A DNA stretch of 64,000 nt from a virus: positions 1-64,000 of IMG/VR virus record IMGVR_UViG_3300028030_000009, one strand, 5' to 3'. The notes under the pieces are model-generated. The model was not told the DNA's origin, searched no databases, and saw only the letters and a list, made by a program, of their open reading frames with translations. Each line of letters opens with the position of its first letter. The first letter of the stretch is position 1. The translations under genes were made by a program, and so were the position numbers. Shown in pieces: positions 57,064-64,000 of the stretch.

Positions 57064-59481
57064 TTATTGGCATCCGCTACATTCGAACGAGCGGTCAATT
57101 GTTGTCTCGTCCGGTGCTTGAGACCGTACATAATAGACAGACTTAAGCCCATTCATCCAAGCAGACCTATACAGGTTTGCGAGTTGTGATACATGCGTAA
57201 CCTTGGTTGGGTCTATAAACAGGTTGAAAGAAATTCCTTGGTCTATGTATTTAGACCTAAGGCCATTCATCCTTACGGAATCCTCTTGGTCAACGCCATA
57301 AGCAGTAACATAGTATTTGTAGTTTTCCACATCAATCTTTGGAGCCGTTACTGGGATTGAGCCTCCAGCGTTCTCCTCATTCCACTTGCGCTTATACACA
57401 GGCTCTATCGTCGATGTTGTCCCTGTAATCAAAGCAATGGATGATGTAGGAGCAATCGCATTGATATACGCATTGCGCATTGGCTTTTCCCATTCCGACC
57501 CATTGTACTCTGGATATGCGCCTTTTTCCTCTGCAAGAAGTTGAGACGCCTTTACAGATGCGTCTCTAAATTTTGAGTACACCTCATTAATGTAGTCCTC
57601 ATGCTCCTTTGAGCCAAACATGATATGCCTTGTTGCAATGTCCTCTGCTTCTCCCATTACTCCAAGGCCTATTGCCCTTGTAAGCTTTGCCGTCCTTTCG
57701 ACCTTTTTGAGAGGATACAAATTGCAATCAATTACGTTATCAAGCATTCTGATTGCAGTATATACAACATCGTAAAACTCGTCATCTGTAAGCCGCGTAA
57801 CTTTAGGTAGGTTAATGGACGCAAGGTTGCATATAGCAGTCCTACCTTCTTTTCTGTACGATTCTATTCTCGTAACCTTCTTGCCGTCTACGACATCGCC
57901 AAGCTCGACGTATTTAGACATCTTTTTGCCAGAATCGGTTTCAATGTATTCGAACTCGCTTAACTGAATCTGCGGGTCTTCTTTGTCATCTAGATAGATG
58001 TCCACCATATTTCTATCTGGCTCAGTTGTTTGGAAAATCTCTGTGCACAAATTGCTTGAGCGGATTACGCCTGTATGCTTGTTCTTGTTCTCCCTGTTTG
58101 CTGTATCCTTAAATCCAACAAACGGCACTCCATGTCGTGCTGCATATATCATCATCTGAGAGAAGATTTCTCTTGCTCTCACTCTAGACTTTCTTATGGA
58201 TGGGTCTTTTTCTGCCTTAATATACGCTTCTGTAAATTCGTCGCCATAAAGCTCATTGAGATGAGGGACATCATATGGGTCAAATAGCGTCCACATCTCG
58301 TCATTAGCTTCTCGGCGCATGAACTCGTCTGAAACCCAGATTGCAGGGAAGATATCGAATGCCTTGTTTCTCTCTTCTCCTCCAGCGTCTCTGGTTTGCA
58401 GAAATTTTGAGATATCAAGGTGCCAATCCTGAATATAATCAGCGAACGCGCCTTTCCGTGTGCCTAGCTGGTCCACGGCTAGCGCTGTATCGTTATCAAT
58501 CTTTATGAATGGCACAACACCTCTAGCCACATCCTTGTATCTGTCAATTGATGAGCCAGTAGCTCGGACCTGTGACCAGTCCCACCCTACGCCGCCTCCA
58601 AATTTTGACAAGAAGGCTTTCTCTTTGTATCCATCGAAAATTCCTTCAAGCGAGTCATCATTTGAGCCAACAAAACAGCTTGACAGTTGATGCCTCTTGG
58701 TTCTTGCATTCGACAATGTTGGTGTGGCTGCCATTACGTAGAATTTTGACAGCATTTCATAGAACTTCAGCGCCCACTTCATTTTGTCATGCTCTTTGTG
58801 CGCAAGGAACATTGCAACAGCCATGAACATATGCTGTGGAAGCTCTACGATTTTATTGTCGCTTGAGCGAAGAAGGTATCTGTCCTCAAGCATTTTTATT
58901 CCAAGATACGTAAATTGATTGTCTCTCTCTGGTGCAATATGCTTATCGATTTCGTCGATGTCATAGTCTTTCCAGAAATCGTGAAACTTCCCTGTAGATT
59001 CAGCCATTTCTACGTATTGACGGAACGAAGGGTATTTCTGGCCCTTCTTGTTCATATACAGCTTTCCAACATTGTGATACAGTTCCATTAACTCCAATCG
59101 CGCAGCCACAAATGTCCAGTTGGGTGCCACCACATCGATTTTGTCCTCTGCCGCCTTCTTCATTGTGGCATGGACAGCAGTGGTTGGCATCCCGTTTGTC
59201 CATGAGATTTTAGAATCGAGAATCAGCTCATACGGATTTACATTGTCTATGCCATCGCATGCATCCTTTGCTTTTTCGAGTGCCTTCTCAACGAGCATAG
59301 GCTCTTTGTTACCATCCCTTTTTGTAACAGACAGTTCACCACCGCTATACTCTTTCCTTCCAGCCGCGACAGCAATGTAGTCCATAATGAACTCATTTGC
59401 TGCCTTGTAGTCACCTAACTCTCTTCGAATATACTCTCCAACCTTTATTGCTTTTTCAACCAAATCAACATTTTTGCTCAT
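57064..59481 (-). CDS. nrdA: class Ia ribonucleotide reductase alpha subunit with ATP cone
   Basis: VTKRDG ATP cone, ATPT, SSCF, SNLCTEI, CNLAS, APTSS, YYVR, C-terminal CSGC. Confidence 0.97.
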   Translation of the reverse strand: MSKNVDLVEKAIKVGEYIRRELGDYKAANEFIMDYIAVAAGRKEYSGGELSVTKRDGNKEPMLVEKALEKAKDACDGIDNVNPYELILDSKISWTNGMPTTAVHATMKKAAEDKIDVVAPNWTFVAARLELMELYHNVGKLYMNKKGQKYPSFRQYVEMAESTGKFHDFWKDYDIDEIDKHIAPERDNQFTYLGIKMLEDRYLLRSSDNKIVELPQHMFMAVAMFLAHKEHDKMKWALKFYEMLSKFYVMAATPTLSNARTKRHQLSSCFVGSNDDSLEGIFDGYKEKAFLSKFGGGVGWDWSQVRATGSSIDRYKDVARGVVPFIKIDNDTALAVDQLGTRKGAFADYIQDWHLDISKFLQTRDAGGEERNKAFDIFPAIWVSDEFMRREANDEMWTLFDPYDVPHLNELYGDEFTEAYIKAEKDPSIRKSRVRAREIFSQMMIYAARHGVPFVGFKDTANRENKNKHTGVIRSSNLCTEIFQTTEPDRNMVDIYLDDKEDPQIQLSEFEYIETDSGKKMSKYVELGDVVDGKKVTRIESYRKEGRTAICNLASINLPKVTRLTDDEFYDVVYTAIRMLDNVIDCNLYPLKKVERTAKLTRAIGLGVMGEAEDIATRHIMFGSKEHEDYINEVYSKFRDASVKASQLLAEEKGAYPEYNGSEWEKPMRNAYINAIAPTSSIALITGTTSTIEPVYKRKWNEENAGGSIPVTAPKIDVENYKYYVTAYGVDQEDSVRMNGLRSKYIDQGISFNLFIDPTKVTHVSQLANLYRSAWMNGLKSVYYVRSQAPDETTIDRSFECSGCQ

Positions 59482-59921
59482 CGATGTTTCTCCTTTTTGC
59501 CTTTTCTAGGCATTTTAAGCTTGACGAACGGAATTATATCATCATTGGAATAATTCCCCTCTGTAATCTCGCCCATAATTGATGATGCAAACTGGTCATT
59601 AACAACGCTTCCGTAATGCTCCTTGAATAGGTCATTTACCATTGCTGTAGCCTCAGTCATCGTGTCTTTGGAGTACTCCATAGCATCCATATAATCACGT
59701 GCTGAGGTAACGCTGTCAGGGTACATGTTTTTGCCAACTGCCGCCTTCTGGTACAACATTGACATCATGCAGTAGAGTTCGAGCATCTTCTCCAGGTCCT
59801 CTCTGGCTGTTGTTGAATACAACTCCTTCATATAGTCAGACATTCTTTTTACAATGTCGTCAGGAGATATGGCTTGGAACTCTACTCCTGATACGGCTAC
59901 TCTTGAATAGTAATTTTTCAT
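59478..59921 (-). CDS. hypothetical protein
   Basis: 147 aa ORF. Confidence 0.65.
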   Translation of the reverse strand: MKNYYSRVAVSGVEFQAISPDDIVKRMSDYMKELYSTTAREDLEKMLELYCMMSMLYQKAAVGKNMYPDSVTSARDYMDAMEYSKDTMTEATAMVNDLFKEHYGSVVNDQFASSIMGEITEGNYSNDDIIPFVKLKMPRKGKKEKHR

Positions 59922-59948
59922 CTTCTTTTCCTTTTGTAGGGTTTTTTT

Positions 59949-59957
59949 TGATATAAT
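59949..59957 (+). promoter_or_regulatory. extended -10 promoter TGATATAAT
   Basis: upstream of the HU gene. Confidence 0.55.
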
Positions 59958-59995
59958 GACGCTGCTTGACGCAAAATCTAAACAAGGAGTTAAAT

Positions 59996-60256
59996 ATGAG
60001 TCAGCAGCTTATCACAGAGGTTCAGAGCAAACTTGGATGCTCAAAGACTGAAGCGGCAAAGGCCGTAAAAGCAGTCACAGATTCCATCAAAGAGATTGCA
60101 TCAAAGAAAGGCTCCGTGACAATCGTCAATTTTGGAAGCTTTACAGTGAAGCCATTCAACAGAACAAGCAAACTGCATGGCAAAGAGTACAAAGTCTCAA
60201 AAAACATTGTCCGCTTCAAGCCTGGTAAAGGTTTTGACGAGCTTATCAACAGCTAA
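59996..60256 (+). CDS. hup: HU/IHF-family DNA-binding protein
   Basis: SKTEAAKAVKAV...VTIVNFGSF...VRFKPGK; AAGGAG RBS. Confidence 0.9.
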   Translation: MSQQLITEVQSKLGCSKTEAAKAVKAVTDSIKEIASKKGSVTIVNFGSFTVKPFNRTSKLHGKEYKVSKNIVRFKPGKGFDELINS

Positions 60257-60497
60257 ACGCATTGGGCGTCACAATGACGCTCATGCCATCAACCTTCTTC
60301 AACTCGCCACCTTTCTTTTTAATTCTACTGCTGTCAAATGTCGATATTGTTTCTGCCTGCTCCTCTGTTACAACAAGATAATCAGGCTTCTTGCCTGTTT
60401 TTTCCGTTACAAGTTTCATGTTTCTGCCAATCACGGAATGCAGCTCCGCAAGAGACTCAATTTCGCAGTTTTCGATAGAAACTCCATTTATTTTCAT
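60246..60497 (-). CDS. hypothetical protein
   Basis: 83 aa ORF. Confidence 0.55.
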   Translation of the reverse strand: MKINGVSIENCEIESLAELHSVIGRNMKLVTEKTGKKPDYLVVTEEQAETISTFDSSRIKKKGGELKKVDGMSVIVTPNAFSC

Positions 60498-60931
60498 TCT
60501 CTTCCTTTCATGTGCTTTCTGTTTAGAAACGACAGGAACTCTAATGCAATATCTCCGTTTTTAAATACGGCCTTCTTGCATCCAACGCACCCAATCGCTT
60601 CGACTACATACACTGTCTCTCCGTTTTTGTTTCTCGCAATATACCAGGCGAGTTCGGTTGATTCGTAAAAAGACTGTAAATCGAATTTTTTAGAGAACAC
60701 ATTCTTAAACGCTTCTCTCTTTTTTTCCTCCCTATCTACTTCATTTGTTTCCTCCTTTCTTGGTTCTGCTTCGTCTTTGTTTTTGTTGTGGTCTTCATTC
60801 TCTCCGTACATAAATACGGAGGCCGCTTTTTCTATGTCGTCAGCAAACTCCTTATGATTGCTGAGCCACTCTTTGAATTCGTTAACCTTGTATAGCGGCA
60901 CATACAATTCATACTGAACCATCAGAAGCAC
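60494..60931 (-). CDS. hypothetical protein
   Basis: 145 aa ORF. Confidence 0.6.
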   Translation of the reverse strand: MLLMVQYELYVPLYKVNEFKEWLSNHKEFADDIEKAASVFMYGENEDHNKNKDEAEPRKEETNEVDREEKKREAFKNVFSKKFDLQSFYESTELAWYIARNKNGETVYVVEAIGCVGCKKAVFKNGDIALEFLSFLNRKHMKGRE

Positions 60932-62266
60932 CTATACAACAGGCATGTCAATCATGACATCATCAAGAGTATCCTCTGTGTACGTCACAACATCAACTGG
61001 GTATGACGATGCTGGCCTATCTGTGAACTTGACGCTAGGCGACACAAAATGTGTATGAGCTGTCCCGGTCATACCGTCCCTGTTTTTCAACACGATAAGC
61101 TCTGCGTCATTCACTGGCGGCTCTTTTTCGCCGGTTTCCCTTGATTTGTAATACGATGGCCTGTAGAGGCCAATTACAACATCGGCATCCTCTTCTATCG
61201 CCCCAGACTCCCTGAGGTCAGATAGCTGAGGTCTTTTATTCGGCCTACTCTCTATTGAGCGGCTCAGCTGAGACAGTAGCCATACTTTGACGTCAAGTTC
61301 CTTTGCCAGTCGCTTGAGAGTCTTTGTGACGCCGCTAACCCACAAATGCATATTCTTGTCTGCAGTTGAACTCTTCTTGATGTATGTCAAGTGGTCAACA
61401 AAAATGTTTTTAACACTTGGGTGCTCACGCTTTATCGCCATGGATAGGTTGAAGATGTCAGTCTCAGTAACACTGCTGTCAACGATAAAATAGTTGCTGG
61501 CATTCGCTATCTTATCCCTTGCCCGCTTATAGGCATCAAAGTCGCTTATTTCGCCTCTTTTTATTTCTGATACTGGGATTTCTGCCTCGTTAGCTATCAA
61601 TCTTGTCATGATTGCTTCAGATGGCATTTCAAGCGAGAAGAACAATGAGCCCTCTCTTTTTTTAAGAAGGTGCCATTGGACTGTGGCAATGAATCCCGTC
61701 TTCCCCATAGATGGCCTTGCAGCAACCACAATTAGTGAGCCTGGCGCTATGTTAACCATATTGTCAAGTTCGGCTATTCCTGTGCCGTGGTCAATGATTG
61801 GATTTTGTATCATCTTCTCCATTCTCTCCACAATCTCCATGTTGGATTCTATTGGAGTTTTTGTGGATATATCTGGAACCTTCAGTTCGTCTGCTGTTAC
61901 GTCTTCGCCGTTCATGAGCTTTTGCTTGACTTCATCCAGACGCTTTATTGCTTCGCGCCTTCCGAACGACTCTATCACGACCTCTGCAGCAGACACCATC
62001 GCATCCCTTGATAGCGGCGGGTTGTTTGCGGTTATGTCAAGAACAACTGCCTCTGGCAGCCCGCTTTTTGCTACTGCTACAAGCTCGTTGAACGGTTGTT
62101 TTGAGGCATACGCTGTGATTGCCTCCTCATATATTTTTCTACAGTTATCATCGAAAAAGTGATTTGGCATCAACTTTCCCATGACATCTGCCACTCGTCT
62201 GACATCGAACATTACGGTAGACGCAATTGAATGTTCAATTGCTGTCGGTGCCAGCTTGCCACTCAT
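60932..62266 (-). CDS. dnaB: replicative DNA helicase
   Basis: AARPSMGKT, FSLEM, FVDHL, LSQLSR, DLRESGAIEEDAD, KNRDG. Confidence 0.96.
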   Translation of the reverse strand: MSGKLAPTAIEHSIASTVMFDVRRVADVMGKLMPNHFFDDNCRKIYEEAITAYASKQPFNELVAVAKSGLPEAVVLDITANNPPLSRDAMVSAAEVVIESFGRREAIKRLDEVKQKLMNGEDVTADELKVPDISTKTPIESNMEIVERMEKMIQNPIIDHGTGIAELDNMVNIAPGSLIVVAARPSMGKTGFIATVQWHLLKKREGSLFFSLEMPSEAIMTRLIANEAEIPVSEIKRGEISDFDAYKRARDKIANASNYFIVDSSVTETDIFNLSMAIKREHPSVKNIFVDHLTYIKKSSTADKNMHLWVSGVTKTLKRLAKELDVKVWLLSQLSRSIESRPNKRPQLSDLRESGAIEEDADVVIGLYRPSYYKSRETGEKEPPVNDAELIVLKNRDGMTGTAHTHFVSPSVKFTDRPASSYPVDVVTYTEDTLDDVMIDMPVV

Positions 62267-62640
62267 ATCTTATTCACCATTGCGCACTTTGTAAGAGTAG
62301 CAGTAACAAGTGCATCGACGAGCCGCTGGATGTTTCTAGTAGCATCCTTGCCTATTTTGACAACCATACTTTTTGAGTCGTCTGACAAGATTACGTTTGC
62401 TCCCTCGACGATTGATACGTTTGCCTTTGCTTTCTCAAGCTCCACATCTCCACCCCTGGACGATGCAATTAGTGTTGATATTGTCATGATGTCATTCTGG
62501 CTCAAATAGAACTTTACGCCATCATACTCAAGCAGGTACGCATCAAGAGCCTGTGCCGCCTTTACAGATATGATTCCTGTAATAACAAGATGCTTTCCAT
62601 TTGATGCAGGAATCCTTATTGAGGGACCTTTTATTGCCAT
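62263..62640 (-). CDS. hypothetical protein
   Basis: 125 aa, upstream of dnaB. Confidence 0.6.
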   Translation of the reverse strand: MAIKGPSIRIPASNGKHLVITGIISVKAAQALDAYLLEYDGVKFYLSQNDIMTISTLIASSRGGDVELEKAKANVSIVEGANVILSDDSKSMVVKIGKDATRNIQRLVDALVTATLTKCAMVNKI

Positions 62641-63008
62641 TATGCTTCCTCCTTTCCGCAGTTAACAAAAACTTTCTCGATTGAAGCCCACGTTCCACTG
62701 TCAAACTCAACGAATGTGGTGCAGTCAACACTGCTTGGTCTTAGGATTATATCAGCAATCTCTTTCTCTGCTGTACTCCTAACAACCTCGTCTTCATCAG
62801 AGAAAAATTTACACCTTTCTCCATCAATGTATACATGCCCTATAGTGACGCTTTCCTCGTTCTCAATGGCGTGCTCGATGATTTCGCTAGCAGCATCGCG
62901 TGCCGAGTCTTTTACAATGTGGCTATGTATCCCGTTTCTATAGGAAAAGAACATTGACACCTTTTTCATATAAGCCTTTCTGTTCTTGCCTTGATTAGCA
63001 TTTGCCAT
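62640..63008 (-). CDS. hypothetical protein
   Basis: ORF between the initiator and dnaB; start may be MKKVSM. Confidence 0.55.
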   Translation of the reverse strand: MANANQGKNRKAYMKKVSMFFSYRNGIHSHIVKDSARDAASEIIEHAIENEESVTIGHVYIDGERCKFFSDEDEVVRSTAEKEIADIILRPSSVDCTTFVEFDSGTWASIEKVFVNCGKEEA

Positions 63009-63991
63009 ACTATCTTTGCCTCCTTTCCGTCTATCTTGTTTCCTCTCTCGTAATCATACAGTAGCGGTGGCTCTCCATGTAGACATAGAGACACGACCTC
63101 GCCAGTGTTTTTTCTTTTGTACCTAAAGAATGGTTGGTCTTTTCCATACTTGTGCAACAGAAAGTCAACCATTTCGCTTCTTGTAGGCTCCTCAGAACGC
63201 TTCATCTCCTCCCATAGCCTTGGGAAATGTTGCCGCAGCTTTTTGCCGCTTTGTATGTTTGGCCTCCAGAACATCCCTGCTGGGTTTGTAAAAATCCACT
63301 CAAGGATTCTGTTTACGTCATCTGGAGATACGCCGTCAATTCTGATTAGTCGCTCTATTTCTACAACCCATTTTAAAAATGATGCCTCTGATGGTTTTCT
63401 GTGTCTTTCTAGACTTGTCTCTATATACTCTCTCAGCTTTTCAGCTAATGCAAGAGCATCTTTATATTTTTCATCAGAGTACACCTTTTCTTTTAGACTT
63501 CCTCTTTCCTCCTCTCCTGCTTGCGTTGGCCCAGAAGGGTCAACACTATTTGTACTTTTATTATATATATTACTTTTATGTGTGCCGTTAGGCGATATCG
63601 CCTTTTGGCACATCGGGTCTGAACCCGTTTGCTCGTTTTGGCACATCGGGTCTTCGCAAGTGTCATCAGGAAACTGCAGGCTCAAGCTATCCCGTAGATG
63701 ATACTCATACCAAAGATTCTGCTGTTCTGCGGTTCTTTGGAGTTTCACCTTTTTAACATACCCTGCCTCAATCAACTCATCAAGTGCAGAGTTTACAGAT
63801 TTTTTACCTCCTTTTGTTCCTTTAACGAGACCTTCGATTGTTATGTATCCGTTATCTATATTAGATAGCATCCAGATACGCAAAAACAATCCGCGAGCCT
63901 TGTCAGTGATTGAGTTGTCCCTGATGATGTCGTTGTGAACCATTGTGAAGTTTGCCGTATAAGGCGACTTCACAAACCTAACCTGTGCCAT
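62966..63991 (-). CDS. phage replication initiator (N-terminal winged HTH, lambda-O/replisome-organizer-like)
   Basis: NFTMVHNDIIRDNSITDKARGL...ALDELIEAGYV; C-terminal FWRPNIQSGKKLRQHF.RL; upstream of dnaB. Confidence 0.8.
   Translation of the reverse strand: MAQVRFVKSPYTANFTMVHNDIIRDNSITDKARGLFLRIWMLSNIDNGYITIEGLVKGTKGGKKSVNSALDELIEAGYVKKVKLQRTAEQQNLWYEYHLRDSLSLQFPDDTCEDPMCQNEQTGSDPMCQKAISPNGTHKSNIYNKSTNSVDPSGPTQAGEEERGSLKEKVYSDEKYKDALALAEKLREYIETSLERHRKPSEASFLKWVVEIERLIRIDGVSPDDVNRILEWIFTNPAGMFWRPNIQSGKKLRQHFPRLWEEMKRSEEPTRSEMVDFLLHKYGKDQPFFRYKRKNTGEVVSLCLHGEPPLLYDYERGNKIDGKEAKIVWQMLIKARTERLI
63547..63653. repeat. putative replication origin inside the initiator gene (iterons, palindrome, AT-rich tract)
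   Basis: TTTTGGCACATCGGGTCT x2 (63603, 63636); palindrome 63581-63612; AT-rich 63547-63580. Confidence 0.6.
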
Positions 63992-64000
63992 TATTTCCCC

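Noticed and set aside
57850-58030. Intein or intron in nrdA
   Set aside because: The insert is short, lacks C/S...HN intein ends and keeps the frame; it resembles the lineage-specific NrdA insertion
1-64000. Stop-codon reassignment
   Set aside because: Conserved genes (nrdA, dnaB, dnaG, methyltransferase) are intact in code 11 and coding density is high

Overview
A 64 kb segment of a large lytic-type dsDNA tailed phage (Caudoviricetes), probably infecting a Campylobacterota (Epsilonproteobacteria) host. The host call is an inference from the SSB tail, the NrdA insertion, the dimeric dUTPase, ThyX, TGnTATAAT promoters and AAGGA ribosome-binding sites. Positions 1-13.7 kb (- strand) form a virion/late block: a probable portal, K-x-A-motif head proteins, a Ser/Gly/Ala-repeat fibre-like protein next to a Stealth-like phosphotransferase, and pentraxin-like and C-type-lectin-like proteins. 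Positions 14.2-20.7 kb (+ strand) hold orphan genes around an ~900 bp non-coding locus. That locus has a promoter-driven, G:U-rich structured RNA candidate and a 35-36 bp-period array of CTAC-N5-GTAG repeats with one inverted copy. Positions 20.7-64 kb (- strand) are a dense array of small early genes plus DNA metabolism and replication genes (ssb, ExoX-like exonuclease, dUTPase, C5-methyltransferase, thyX, dnaG, nrdAB, dnaB, lambda-O-like initiator with internal origin-like repeats). This array is interrupted by three lone + strand genes with their own promoters, one of them HU. Other signals are a candidate programmed -1 frameshift (C CCA AAG) and apparent avoidance of GATC. All functional calls come from motif recognition by eye; no database searches were run.
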